Of a stretch of 64,000 nucleotides of DNA, positions 50,824-61,581 are shown piece by piece; the stretch's first letter is position 1, and each line of letters starts with the position of its first letter. Location: assembly GCA_963827275.1 (NCBI GenBank), contig CAWHAA010000005.1:672001-736000 (forward strand). Reading direction: 5' to 3'. The translations under genes were made by a program, and so were the position numbers. Source of the stretch: an uncultured Spirochaetota bacterium (lineage in GTDB: Bacteria > Spirochaetota > UBA4802 > UBA5550). The notes beneath the pieces are model-generated. The model searched no databases. It had not been told where the DNA came from and worked only from the letters and a program-made list of their open reading frames with translations.

Positions 50824-52053
50824 TTAATACGCCGCCTTTAACAGCGCCAGGGCCTCTTCGTAGCTGACTTCAACGGGAGAAAACGCGATCGCGCCGTCAT
50901 TGATCGTCGCCTGTGCGATGCCGGGAAGCTTATCCTCCGTTACGCCCGCCTGGCCCAGCTTCACCGGGAGGCCGCAGATCCTGTTCAGGTTGGCGGTCAT
51001 GTCGCGTATCGCCTTCACCGCAGCCTGCGCTCTTTCCCTGGCCGGGACCTTCACATATTCTTCCGGACCGGCAAGCGGCAGCAACAGGTTCTCGATGCTC
51101 TTTTTCAGGTGCAGGGCTTTCCTGGCTTCACCTGACTTCCTTATATAGAACTCAAGCCCGAACGGCAGCATGATGGAATTCGCCACGCCGTGCGGCACGT
51201 GGCAGACCCCGCCCGCCGCATGCGCCGCAGCATGGACAATCCCGACCATGGAGTTGGAGAAGGCGAGCCCCGCCAGGAGCGCCGCATTGGACATGGCGAG
51301 CCGCGCCTCCCTGTCGCCACCGCTCTTGACCGCGGTAACGACGTGCTTCCTGATGAGCTCGATCGCTGCGGCGGCAAAGGCGTCGCTTACCGGGTTCTTC
51401 TGGGGGCCGATATAGGACTCAACCGCGTGGGTCAGCGCGTCCATCGCCGTTGCTGCCGTGATCTTCGGCGGCATGCTCATCGTCATCCGGGGATCGAGGA
51501 CGGCGAACTTCGGCAGCATCAGGGCGGAGGTGAACTGCATCTTGACGTTTTTCGCCGGGTTTGCTATGACCGCGGCCATGGTCACTTCTGAACCGGTGCC
51601 GGCCGTCGTAGGTATGACGATAAACGGCTTCTGGGGCTTTGTCAGCCGGTTGTTTCCCATTAATTTCAGGAGGTCGTCGGTATCCTCGGAAATGACGATA
51701 TTGACGCCCTTTGCCGTATCAATCGCGGAACCGCCGCCGACGGCAATAATGGAGTCGCACCCTTTCCTGCGAAAAATTTCGGCTATTTCGTCAACAACGA
51801 CATTTGAGGAATCGACCGGGGTGTCATCATAGATGGCGCCTATCGTTGCCTTTGTGCCCTGAAAGCTTTTAACGACATGCTTGATCAGCCCGGCCTTGAC
51901 GATCCCCTTGTCGGTGATGATGATAGGCTTTTTCGCACCGAGCTGGCCGAGCTCGTACGGAATATTCTCCAGGGCCTTGTATCCTGAAATAACTTTTACT
52001 GAATTAAAAAATTCATAGTATTCCGGCAATGTATTATCATTAATGAAAAACAT
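50824..52053 (-). CDS. Iron-containing alcohol dehydrogenase
   Basis: GGGSAIDTAK, PTTAGTGSE, DALTHAVE, HAAAH...HGVAN. Confidence 0.94.
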   Translation of the reverse strand: MFFINDNTLPEYYEFFNSVKVISGYKALENIPYELGQLGAKKPIIITDKGIVKAGLIKHVVKSFQGTKATIGAIYDDTPVDSSNVVVDEIAEIFRRKGCDSIIAVGGGSAIDTAKGVNIVISEDTDDLLKLMGNNRLTKPQKPFIVIPTTAGTGSEVTMAAVIANPAKNVKMQFTSALMLPKFAVLDPRMTMSMPPKITAATAMDALTHAVESYIGPQKNPVSDAFAAAAIELIRKHVVTAVKSGGDREARLAMSNAALLAGLAFSNSMVGIVHAAAHAAGGVCHVPHGVANSIMLPFGLEFYIRKSGEARKALHLKKSIENLLLPLAGPEEYVKVPARERAQAAVKAIRDMTANLNRICGLPVKLGQAGVTEDKLPGIAQATINDGAIAFSPVEVSYEEALALLKAAY

Positions 52054-52136
52054 ATTGTGTCGCTCCCTTTATGAAAAATTTACATGCGTCCCCGCACAGA
52101 GTTTTTGTAATTACATCGAGTATATTGTCGCTCTAC

Positions 52137-52679
52137 TTATTTAAAGGCCGAGAGCCCGAAGATATTGATATACGCCACCACCCGGTTTAGCATTGTTCTG
52201 ACGCTCAACCGGGGCACCTTTTTAATGTAGAACCGCACAATCGTATTGGGGAACAATAACGTCTGCGCGATATTCAAGATCCTGATCATGGTCATCATGC
52301 AGGCAAGGTCACCTTTTACATACTGCCGGTAATGGTAGCCAAGGTTCGGCGTACTGATCCTTCCGGTCATGGCGAGATAGGTGTATTCAAGATTTTTAAA
52401 CCGGAGCTCAAGGTCCGGATTGATCTTCTCGTTGACGACCCTGAGGTATTTCATCCTGCCCCCCCTCTTCTGCACTGTCGCGCCGGGGCCGTCATGAATC
52501 CCGATAGTGAAGGTGAACGGGTCCGGCAGTGATACCATCTCCTTTTGTGCTCTCGGATCAAGGTTACACGCTTCCTGTATCCCCAGGCCCAGCAGGTAGA
52601 GCGTAATCCTGACAAGGGTTGATTTAAACCAGCTTCCTTCTCCGGGAGGAATCTCCTGGAACTCTTTCTTTTTTTTCAT
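52137..52679 (-). CDS. Hypothetical protein, possibly SCP2-like fold
   Basis: PDLELRFKN...YVKGDL pattern; first gene of the ADH-ALDH unit. Confidence 0.55.
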   Translation of the reverse strand: MKKKKEFQEIPPGEGSWFKSTLVRITLYLLGLGIQEACNLDPRAQKEMVSLPDPFTFTIGIHDGPGATVQKRGGRMKYLRVVNEKINPDLELRFKNLEYTYLAMTGRISTPNLGYHYRQYVKGDLACMMTMIRILNIAQTLLFPNTIVRFYIKKVPRLSVRTMLNRVVAYINIFGLSAFK

Positions 52680-53315
52680 TCGCCACCCCCCTCTCTTCTT
52701 GATATAATGTTATAAATAATGAGGCATTTTATTTAATCGCATGGCGCGTTTGTTGCTATTCCCATCAGAAGCCTCGACCATAATACACTGTTATCATTAA
52801 AACCGTCTGGACCGATTTTTTACATGAAAGATCAAAGTACAACTATAATTTACCTAATGTTAAAATTTTTTTCAATTTTTTCGTTATTATTTGTTATTTA
52901 AAGTTATTTTATGTAATTATTAGTAGTTTTTTATATTAATATAAATCAAAACATTAACATTTACTTTAAATTCAAGGCCGATTACTTGACAATTTTTTAA
53001 TATTGTTAATAAATACACGGCCTTCAATTCCAAAACCCATATCTTAATCCATACATTGCGTGATACTGTGACCATATCACCTTATTACCATCCAACTCTG
53101 AAATAATGTCCGCTTTCATTATCAGATGTGAAGGCTGGCGGGTTGACAATGAAACATGATGGTAATTTTCATGGATCAGATGAAGCCCTGCTCGCCATTG
53201 GCCGTATCCATATGATTACCGCAGTGTAAAATTTCCCCACCGCCGCTATTTTATATTGACATCATCAATCCTCCGCATTACCTCCTGATTACCATAAGAG
53301 GAGAGACCGCGACGC

Positions 53316-54401
53316 ATGCCGACACAAGCCTACCTGATACTTGAAGACGGAATGGAATTCGAAGGGGCCCTGTTCGGATACGGGGGGGACGCCATCGGCG
53401 AGGTCGTTTTCAACACCTCCATGAGCGGCTACCAGGAGGTCCTCACCGACCCTTCCTACAGCGGCCAGATCATCGCCATGACCTATCCCATGATCGGGAA
53501 CTACGGCGTAAACGGGGAAGACGTGGAATCCGACCGCGTCCAGGCCGCCGGTTTCGTGGTCAAGGAATACAGCAAGAGCTACTCCAATTTCAGGGCGACC
53601 GGATCACTGTCGGACTACCTCGTGCGCGAGAAGATCCCGGCCATCGAGGGGATCGACACGCGGAAGCTCACCCTCCACATACGGGACAAGGGGGCGCTGC
53701 GCGGCGGCATCTTCCTCGACCGGAAGGGCGCGGTCGACCGGCTCCTGGCGCACCCGAAGATGGAGGGCCTCGACCTGGCGTCGGGCGTTTCCTGCAAAAA
53801 GCCGTACGATTTCGGCGCGATCGACCCGTCCCTGCCGCTGGTCGGCGTGTACGATTTCGGCGTGAAGACCAACATCCTGCGGCTCCTGGCCGCGTCCGGA
53901 TTTTCCGTGCGGGTCTATCCGTCGAGCACGCCGCTGGAAAAGGTCCTGGGCGACGGCGCGAAGGGCATCTTCCTTTCAAACGGTCCCGGCGACCCGGACG
54001 TGGTGCCCGGCGGCAGGGAGCTCGTCCGCGGCGTGATGGACAAGGGGGTCCCCTGCTTCGGGATCTGCCTGGGGCACCAGATCATCGGCCTGGGGCTCGG
54101 CGGCCGCACCTACAAGCTCAAGTTCGGCCACCGCGGCGCGAACCAGCCGGTGAAGAACCTGTGCGACCGGCGCCGTTGAAATCACGTCGCAGAACCACGG
54201 GTTCGCGGTCGACTTCGAGACTCGCTCAAAGACAATCCCGGCGTGGAGCTGACCCACCTCAACCTGAACGACCGTACGGTCGAGGGGCTCCGCCACCGCG
54301 ACCTTCCCCTCTTCAGCGTGCAGTACCACCCCGAGTCGAACCCGGGCCCCCAGGATTCGCGCTATCTCTTCGGCCAGTTCAGGAAAATGATAGCAGACTG
54401 A
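53316..54401 (+). CDS. carA: Carbamoyl-phosphate synthase small subunit with two frameshifts near 54162 and 54217
   Basis: [39 protein letters not shown]; shifted frames supply [11 protein letters not shown] and SVQYHPE...MIAD-stop. Confidence 0.92.
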
Positions 54402-54419
54402 GGCGGGCCGCGCCGCGCG

Positions 54420-55268
54420 TCATTCCGCCGCAAGCTCCCTGAGCGTCACTATCAGCATGTCGATCTTTCCGACCGCGTGTCTCCTCTGTTCCGGGGTCAC
54501 CAGGTCGCGATCGAAACGAAGGAATTCCCGGGTCAATCTGCGGTCGCGCAGCTCCGCCGGTTTCCGATAATAATCGGGAAACGATTGTTCCGGGTTGAGC
54601 GCGAGCTTCCCCAGAAAGGACTTGATGGCACGCCGGTCAGGCCCGCTCCTGAGCAGGGCGATAAACTCCGTACTGCGGTCGCGGAACAGCCGCATTCTCA
54701 GCGGCCCGGTCTCCTCCAGGCCGCGCACCACGCGGGTTATCTCCTCGGTCTGCCGGTCGCTCAGCCCGCCATAGATGAACTCCATGATCCGCGCCGTGCT
54801 TTTCGCTTCCTCCCGGACCCGTTCCTCACGGTCCGCTGGCGCCTTCTTCTCGATCGCGGCAATACGCTGGCCCATGCGCTGTTCAAGCCGGTTGACCTGC
54901 TTTTCGTCGAGGGTGACGAGAAACGCCGTGACATCATCCGCAATCTCTCCAAAAAAATCGGCCTCGTGGCGCCGGTACCGCGCCTGCGCCCACCCGGCGT
55001 CCGCTTCCCGCAGGCCGCGGCGCATGCGCTCCCGCAGGCCCTGCAGGGTCGCGGCGTATTTCAACAGCTCCGACCGCCGGTGCCAGAGGGAGTACGAAGC
55101 TATTTTTTCCCTGAGAAAACGGTCCTGGTCAGCTGTCGGCTCAATATACCAGGTAACGGCCCGGTACATGAACGTATCCATCGAGTTATAGAGCAGGCGG
55201 TAGACCGATTTTTCGCACCCGGTTGCCAGGATAAGCAGGGCGATAAGCGCGGGGATATATCTTTTCAT
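54420..55268 (-). CDS. Lipoprotein, DUF6279-like
   Basis: Lipobox ATGC; LLYNSMD, WHRRSEL, YGGLSDRQ and TPEQRRH patterns. Confidence 0.7.
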   Translation of the reverse strand: MKRYIPALIALLILATGCEKSVYRLLYNSMDTFMYRAVTWYIEPTADQDRFLREKIASYSLWHRRSELLKYAATLQGLRERMRRGLREADAGWAQARYRRHEADFFGEIADDVTAFLVTLDEKQVNRLEQRMGQRIAAIEKKAPADREERVREEAKSTARIMEFIYGGLSDRQTEEITRVVRGLEETGPLRMRLFRDRSTEFIALLRSGPDRRAIKSFLGKLALNPEQSFPDYYRKPAELRDRRLTREFLRFDRDLVTPEQRRHAVGKIDMLIVTLRELAAE

Positions 55269-55525
55269 TGCACGTCTCCGGTAAAGGCCGCCGGCAAGGG
55301 CTGGAAGGCCCCGCAGGCAGGCATGTGTATGAGACAATCAGACAGGCGTTTTTGTTTCAATTCATTTCTACAACCATTGTGCCCTGGCCCCTGTGCCGGC
55401 ACCCGACGGGATGAATTTCTCTTCCGGGCAAACGTTCCTGGCGATGATCATGTGTCAGGAATGCGACCGTGTCGCCATCCGCCCCTCCAGGTCATGACGC
55501 ACGGCGGGAGGATGCGTAGAAATAT

Positions 55526-55554
55526 TAAAAGCCCGGCATTGCGCCGGGCTTTTA
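55526..55554. terminator. Intrinsic terminator (bidirectional form)
   Basis: TAAAAGCCCGGC-ATTGC-GCCGGGCTTTTA, just downstream of the FecR-domain gene. Confidence 0.8.
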
Positions 55555-55579
55555 GCATCTGGGAAATGCCGCTATTGTG

Positions 55580-56533
55580 TTACAGGGTATTCACGCTGGG
55601 CGGGGGCGACGACGGCCCATCATCCCTGCTTTCTTCCGATTTTTTCCTTTCTACCTGTTTGGGGAGCAATTTTTCCTTCTCAGGCTTACCGCGCAGCTCC
55701 CTTTCCCGGAGCTGCCTGTCGCGGAGCAGCTTCATGGCACGCTCTTTTTCCTGTTTCTCTTTTTCTATCTTCTCCCGCTCCTGTTTCTCTTTATCACGCT
55801 CCGCAGAATCGTCCGGGCCAAGCACTTTTTCCTTCACTTCCTTCCGGGCCTCGACATTCAGCTTCTCGATAATTTCCGGCCTGATGTCTTTGACCTCTTC
55901 CCGGATCGCTTTCGCCTCCTCCGGTTTGAGCTCGGTCACCGTGAGCCCCTTTTTCTCGTCAACCGCCTCCTTCACCGCCTTCTCGTCAAGCTCAACGGTC
56001 TGGTTCGTCTCCACGGTCGTCTCAACGGACGCGACGACGGCATTGTTCTGCACCGGGTTCACTCTCACCGCTCCGGTGACAACGTCAAGCCGCATGGCCT
56101 TCTCATCCGCCGTTATCCTGAAGGTGGTGCCGCGCACCGCAGCGACCGCCGTCCCCGTTTTTACGCGGAACTCGCCTTTTTTCAGCCTGGCGAGCGTCAC
56201 GTTCATCCTGCCGGAGGACATGTCGATCTGGGTGTCGCCGGTTGCCTGGTCCATCAATGAAGCCATGGCTATAGTGGAGCCCGGCTGTATGCGTATGATG
56301 CCAGCGGTGCCGAACAGGACATCGGCGATTGAATTGTCCCCGGTCCGAATGCTGTCGCCGGCCGAAAGGATATCTCCCACTGAAGCCCGCTTTTCAACGG
56401 CATTCGCGGTTATTGTGACCTCGCCGACGGTGCTGTAGACTTTGACGGTCCGGTCGGGGTCTTCCTTTTTACAGCCCGCCATTGCGGTGCAGATGGCAAG
56501 GCAGATAACGGCTGACGAGAATAGGTGCTTCAT
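55580..56533 (-). CDS. FecR-domain lipoprotein (LipL45-like) with a charged tail
   Basis: Lipobox MAGC; GDSIRTG, VKTGTAVAAVRGTTF. Confidence 0.8.
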   Translation of the reverse strand: MKHLFSSAVICLAICTAMAGCKKEDPDRTVKVYSTVGEVTITANAVEKRASVGDILSAGDSIRTGDNSIADVLFGTAGIIRIQPGSTIAMASLMDQATGDTQIDMSSGRMNVTLARLKKGEFRVKTGTAVAAVRGTTFRITADEKAMRLDVVTGAVRVNPVQNNAVVASVETTVETNQTVELDEKAVKEAVDEKKGLTVTELKPEEAKAIREEVKDIRPEIIEKLNVEARKEVKEKVLGPDDSAERDKEKQEREKIEKEKQEKERAMKLLRDRQLRERELRGKPEKEKLLPKQVERKKSEESRDDGPSSPPPSVNTL

Positions 56534-56589
56534 GGTTTCCTCCGGAAAAATATTTGCACGGGGTATAATAGAAATCACCCTGTTTATGC

Positions 56590-57540
56590 TCAACTCTTTT
56601 TGCCAATATGGAACGTGTATATGGCGGACATGGTGATGCCGAAAAAGTGGTCGTATTTCCCGTCAATGATGTTCATGGCTACATCATTATAAAACAGATT
56701 GTTGTAGCGCTGCCTGTTAAACAGGATCTGGTACCTGCCGCCGAGCGATATCGAGGTGTTGATTTTTTTGATATTATAGGCGAAGGAGAGCGACGCGCTC
56801 CCGCCGTAGGAAAAATACCTGCCCTTTTGCTGGACGACGGGCAGCGGGATGAATGACCCGTTGCTCACGGCGCATGATTTCGATCTGTTGATATTAATGC
56901 TTTCGAACGACCAGAGCACCAGGCCGGAAGCGCTCATCATGAGATAAAAATCCGCGCCGAGCGGGATGGTCAGCCCCAGGCCGAGGCCGCCGCCGTAGGC
57001 CCTCACATAATCGACGAGCACCCTCCGGATAAACATGGGGTCCCCCGGCAGAAAATCATCGAGGCGCTCCTCATACCGGTACCCCTGCCACTTGAATCCC
57101 GCGAAGATCTTCACCATCCTGTGCACCGCGCACCCGATCGAGGTGTCGCTGTCCCACTTGAGAATGTCCCGCGTGTATTTTTTATAGGACGGGGACATGC
57201 GAAATTCATTCGGGTTGAGACTCGCGTTCCAGGCCAACCCGCGGGTTGAAGACTGGAACCTTCCGATGGTGAACACGGTCTGGATGGACCACCGCTGAAG
57301 GAAGCCGATTGAAAGCACCGGGCCCGCCATGGCATTCGAGGCCGGCTTGAAATCACGTGAATTTTCGACATACAACCCCGGCTGTGGTGTAAAAATTGTG
57401 CTGGTTGACTTCGCGTCAGACCATGCCGGCGCCCACCAGGCGTACCAGGCGGTCCCGCCGATGCTCAGGTCAACCGCCGCGAAGGAAGATGCAGTTTGCA
57501 GAAAGAAGATGATACCCAGCGAAATCCCGAACTTTTTCAT
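56590..57540 (-). CDS. Probable outer-membrane beta-barrel protein
   Basis: Signal peptide, alternating aromatic beta-strands, near-terminal AIYTF. Confidence 0.65.
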   Translation of the reverse strand: MKKFGISLGIIFFLQTASSFAAVDLSIGGTAWYAWWAPAWSDAKSTSTIFTPQPGLYVENSRDFKPASNAMAGPVLSIGFLQRWSIQTVFTIGRFQSSTRGLAWNASLNPNEFRMSPSYKKYTRDILKWDSDTSIGCAVHRMVKIFAGFKWQGYRYEERLDDFLPGDPMFIRRVLVDYVRAYGGGLGLGLTIPLGADFYLMMSASGLVLWSFESININRSKSCAVSNGSFIPLPVVQQKGRYFSYGGSASLSFAYNIKKINTSISLGGRYQILFNRQRYNNLFYNDVAMNIIDGKYDHFFGITMSAIYTFHIGKKS

Positions 57541-57804
57541 CTGTCGCACCGCCCATTTGAGTTATCTGGTCATGCATGAAACCATGCAGCGGCCTCAATC
57601 CCCGCTATCCGGAGTGGAATGTGCATAGAGCGGAGAAAATCGCGCCGACAAAGTGATCGTACTGCCTATCGATATAGTAACAATAATAACAGTCATGTCA
57701 ATACATAAACGGCGCGGGCTATTCCTTCGCGGCAGGTCCGCTAACGTGTGCTGATCCGGCTCGCTGAGCGGTTGTGCCGGTTGTTGCCGCAAGGGCGTAT
57801 GGTT

Positions 57805-58899
57805 TCATTTCGCTGCGCCTCCCGTCCTGATGACATGCACCGACGTGGCCTTGAAGGAGGCGGTGAGGGCGAGCCCTTCGCGGATGCCCATCTCCTCCAC
57901 GGAGCGGTTGGTGACATACGCCACCAGGGTAAACCCGCAGTCGAGGTATACTTTCCGGAAGAAACCGGCCGGCACCGTTCTGGTGACCGTGCCCGGAAAC
58001 GCGTTCCGCGCGCTCGACTCGGGACGGTTCAGCGAAAGGACGATATTCTCGGGATGCACGCAGAAGGTCACGGCGCCGCCCGGGACCTCGTCGCCGGCCG
58101 CCTCGACCGGGACGCCCTGCACCGACACGGTGAAGGTGCCGCCGCCCGAGCCGGTGACGGTCCCCGCGAGCACGGTCTCGGCGCCCATGAAGGACGCGAC
58201 GAACTCGCTGGCCGGGTACTGCGTGATCTCGCCCGGCGCGCCCGCCTGCACGATCGCGCCCCCGTTCATCACGAGGATCTGGTCCGCGAGGCGGAGCGCC
58301 TCGCCCCGGTCATGGGTGGTGAACAGGGCGGTGATCCCGCGCGCCCTGATGATGCGCTCGAGGTCGGCGATCAGCGACTCGCGGGTCGGCGCGTCAAGCG
58401 AGGAGAACGGCTCGTCCATGAGGAGGAGCTCGGGGCCCGCCGCGAGCGCCCGCGCCAGGTTGACGCGCTGTGCCTCGCCGCCGGAGAGCGCCCCGGCGTG
58501 CCGCTTCGCCAGGTGGGTTATTTTCAGAAGGCGCAGGCTCTCTTCCACCGCCGCTCGCGTCTCCTTCGTTCCCATCCCCCGCAACCTCGGGCCGGAGGCA
58601 ATGTTGTTATACACCGACGCGCTGAACAGGAGCGGCTCCTGGAACACCAGCGCCATCCTTCTCCGCAGCAGGTGGATTGATTTCCCGGGAAGGATTTTTT
58701 CCCCCCGGTACAGGACCTCTCCCGCGTCGGGCCGCACCAGGCGCATGAGCGAGAGGAGGAGCGTTGATTTGCCCGCGCCGTTGGGCCCGATGATTGAAAC
58801 GATCCGCCCCTCCCCGATTTCAAGCGACGGGACGTCCAGGGCCGGCATGCCGTTCCTGACGACGAGCAGGCCGCGGACCTCTACCAGGGGCGCGCTCAT
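57805..58899 (-). CDS. tupC: Tungstate ABC transporter ATP-binding protein with TOBE domains
   Basis: Start MSAPLVEV overlapping the tupB stop; GPNGAGKST, LSGGEAQR, LLMDEPF; SSARN...FKATSVH TOBE. Confidence 0.85.
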   Translation of the reverse strand: MSAPLVEVRGLLVVRNGMPALDVPSLEIGEGRIVSIIGPNGAGKSTLLLSLMRLVRPDAGEVLYRGEKILPGKSIHLLRRRMALVFQEPLLFSASVYNNIASGPRLRGMGTKETRAAVEESLRLLKITHLAKRHAGALSGGEAQRVNLARALAAGPELLLMDEPFSSLDAPTRESLIADLERIIRARGITALFTTHDRGEALRLADQILVMNGGAIVQAGAPGEITQYPASEFVASFMGAETVLAGTVTGSGGGTFTVSVQGVPVEAAGDEVPGGAVTFCVHPENIVLSLNRPESSARNAFPGTVTRTVPAGFFRKVYLDCGFTLVAYVTNRSVEEMGIREGLALTASFKATSVHVIRTGGAAK

Positions 58900-59591
58900 T
58901 TCCCCCTCCGCTGCTGCACCGCGGTCAGGACATAGTTGACCGCGAAGGCCAGCACCAGCAGGATAACGCCCAGGGCGATCGCCACGTCGAAGCTGCCCCT
59001 TCCCGTCTCCATCACCGTCGCGGTGGTCAGCACGCGGGTGTAGCCTTTTATATTTCCCCCCACCATGATCGACGCGCCGACCTCGGAGATGACGCCGCCG
59101 AAGCCGGCCATGACCGCGGTGAGCAGGGGCAGGCGCGCCTCCTTCATGAGGAGCCATACCATCTGCCGCCGCGTGGCGCCCAGCGCCAGTATCTGGAGGC
59201 GGAGCTTGCCCGGCAGGCGCTGCATCGCCGCGAGCGAGACCCCGGTGATGATGGGCGCCGCGATCACGGTCTGCGCGAGCACCATGGCCGCCGGCGTATA
59301 GAGGAGCCCGAGCGAGCCGAGGGGCCCGCTCCGCCAGATGAAGATGGTCACGAAAAGCCCCACCACGACCGGGGGAAGCCCCATGCCCGTGTTGACCATG
59401 CTGATGACGAAGCGCCTGCCGGGGAAGCGCGTGAGCGCGACCGCCGTGCCGGCGCCCACGCCGATAACGGTGCTGACCAGCGTCGCCGCCCCGGATATCT
59501 TGAGGGTGAGGAGCGTGACCTCCATGACCTCCCGGTCCCCGGAGGCGAGCAGCCGAAACGCCTCGATGATGCCGTTGAATATGAGTTCCAT
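58896..59591 (-). CDS. tupB: Tungstate ABC transporter permease
   Basis: MGLPPVVVGL, RSGPLG, SEVGASIMVGGNIKGYTRVLTT. Confidence 0.9.
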   Translation of the reverse strand: MELIFNGIIEAFRLLASGDREVMEVTLLTLKISGAATLVSTVIGVGAGTAVALTRFPGRRFVISMVNTGMGLPPVVVGLFVTIFIWRSGPLGSLGLLYTPAAMVLAQTVIAAPIITGVSLAAMQRLPGKLRLQILALGATRRQMVWLLMKEARLPLLTAVMAGFGGVISEVGASIMVGGNIKGYTRVLTTATVMETGRGSFDVAIALGVILLVLAFAVNYVLTAVQQRRGK

Positions 59592-59609
59592 TAATACATC
59601 CTGTTACGA

Positions 59610-59694
59610 CCCCCCTGTCCCCCGGAGGGGGCACGAGGGGAACGTTCCTTCACGCCCCCTTCGGGACGCCCCCCTGTCCCCCGCAGGGGGCACG
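59610..59694. repeat. REP-like doublet of GC-rich hairpins
   Basis: CCCCCCTGTCCCCCGSAGGGGGCACG at 59610-59635 and 59669-59694 (one mismatch). Confidence 0.8.
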
Positions 59695-59726
59695 CGGGAT
59701 GGGCGCCTCCGAACAGGGAAGGAGGC

Positions 59727-60551
59727 TTACTTCAGCGCGTCCGGGAAAAAAAGCACCGCGCCGTATTTTTTTATCCCGAAGTCCTTTATCATCTTCTGCG
59801 TATCGGCGGCCACCCAGAAATCGGCGAATGCCTTTCCCCCCGCCGCGTTGGTCTTCGGAAATTTTTTCGCGTTCACTTCTATGACATGGTAGATGTTCAG
59901 GAGTGCCCCGTCGCCTTCGACGAGCACCGCGACGTCAATTTTGTTCTTCCGCGACAGGTAGGTCGCGCGGTCGCAAAGGGTGTAGCCTTTTTTTTCAACG
60001 ACCACGGCCAGCGTCTGGCCCATACCGAGCCCGGTCTGCTGGTACCATTGTTCCCGTTCCGGGTCAAGCCCCGCCTTCTTCCAGAGCTTCAGCTCCATCA
60101 CGTGGGTGCCAGACCGGTCGCCCCGGGAAATGAAGAGCGATTTCGATGCCGCGATCTTTTTGAACGCCCCGGTTGCGGTTTTGAGGCCCCTGATCTTCGC
60201 CGGATCGTCCTTCGGTCCCAGTATCACGAAATCGTTATGCATGACGATTCGCCGGTTCACGCCGAAGCCCTTTTTGATGAACTTCTCTTCAGCGTCCTTC
60301 GAATGCACAAGGAGAACGTCCGCCTCGCCCCGCTCGCCCATCGCCATGGCCTGGCCGGAGCCCACCGCGATCGTCTTGACCCGGTACCCGCTCTTTTTCT
60401 CGAACACGGGTATCAGCACGTCCAGCAGTCCCGTGTCCTGGGTGCTGGTGGTGGTGGCGAAGATGATGTCCTTCTGCTTCGCGTCGGCCTGGTGTGCGGC
60501 CAGGACCGCAAAAACAAGCACCGATAACAATCGGATTGTCATGTGGAACAT
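59727..60551 (-). CDS. tupA: Tungstate ABC transporter substrate-binding protein
   Basis: ATTTSTQDTGLL, AVGSGQA, MHNDFVILGP, SRGDRSGTH. Confidence 0.92.
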   Translation of the reverse strand: MFHMTIRLLSVLVFAVLAAHQADAKQKDIIFATTTSTQDTGLLDVLIPVFEKKSGYRVKTIAVGSGQAMAMGERGEADVLLVHSKDAEEKFIKKGFGVNRRIVMHNDFVILGPKDDPAKIRGLKTATGAFKKIAASKSLFISRGDRSGTHVMELKLWKKAGLDPEREQWYQQTGLGMGQTLAVVVEKKGYTLCDRATYLSRKNKIDVAVLVEGDGALLNIYHVIEVNAKKFPKTNAAGGKAFADFWVAADTQKMIKDFGIKKYGAVLFFPDALK

Positions 60552-60883
60552 AGGTTACTCCTTATAATAATATACAAAGGATTAACGGGATCATTATTAT
60601 CAAGCAGATCCTGCAAATCCAGTCAAAATACTGCCAGTATCAAGCATATAGGGATTTCGCCGTACAGATTTTTTTGCATTTTTTTACTTTTTAAGACTTT
60701 TTATTCTTGTAAGAATATTGGTCTATTAAAAAATCTTATAATATTACAAAATGTTACTATTTTTATCTAATTCCTTGACTGCCGGAAATAGCGTGCATAC
60801 CATAACTTTTCAAGAGCGATAATCGTATTAAAACCGGCAAAACAACATGGATATTATTTTAATGTTTTTTATGGTACTCCATC

Positions 60884-61571
60884 ATGATATATATCGGCCT
60901 TGATGACACAGATACGCTGAAATCACGGGGCACGGGGCGCCTTGCCAGAAACATCGCGACGATGCTCTCGTCGGATTTTACCGCTGCTCGGAGTGGTGCG
61001 CCATCAGCTCCTTCAGGATCCGCGTGTTCCCTTCACCAGCCACAACAGCAGCGCCACCATACTGCTGAATGAAAAATGCGATACTGACATTAATATATTA
61101 TTCAAGAGAGTGAAGGCCCTGATGCTGGCCGATTTCCAGGTCGGCAGCGACCCCGGCCTGTGCGTGACGCGCGAGATACCGGACGCGGTCATTGAACACG
61201 GGCGCAATGCCCAGCAGAGGATCGTCACGCAGGCCGAGGCAAGGGAGCTCGCCCGGGAGCATGACATCGCCCTGGAAGGCCTTGGCGGCACCGAAGACGG
61301 CGTCATCGGCGCGCTGGCGTCGGTGGGCCTCACCGCGACCGGCAATGACGGGCGCTATCTCCTGACAGGCAGGGTGCGCGACCTGACAGGGCTCCTCCCG
61401 GTTGAGGCGGTGCTCGACGCGGGGGTGACGGAGGTGCGCACGATGGAGGGAGCGGCGGTCGCCTCGGGCATGGTGCTGTCGGACAAGATCAGGCCGGCGC
61501 GCCGCGGGGGCGCGCCCGTGGCCTATGTCGAATGGCGCGACGACCACTGGGAGCCGCTGAAGCTGAATTGA
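60884..61571 (+). CDS. Stand-alone TiaS-N-terminal-like protein; frameshift near 60980
   Basis: MIYIGLDDTD...GTG, then in the shifted frame RHQLL.DPRVPFTSHNSSA, GSDPGLC, GVIGALA. Confidence 0.7.
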
Positions 61572-61581
61572 GATACACGGC

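Noticed and set aside
52850..53020. AT-rich tract as a replication origin
   Set aside because: No clustered TTATCCACA-type DnaA boxes seen and no dnaA or dnaN nearby.
54477..56438. 653-aa plus-strand ORF and other long overlapping ORFs (e.g. 23253-24290, 41207-42199, 57830-58939)
   Set aside because: Antisense shadows of well-supported genes in GC-rich DNA, with no recognisable motifs.
58900..59634. N-terminal extension of the 609-aa tupC ORF
   Set aside because: It overlaps tupB in another frame; the ABC domain begins at MSAPLVEV (58899).
33835..59682. A shared GGGG(A/T)CA(G/C) octamer linking the TA repeats, the tupA-tupB hairpins and the island arrays
   Set aside because: A degenerate 8-mer is expected many times by chance in 64 kb of GC-rich DNA, one TA copy mismatches, and the flanking sequences are unrelated.
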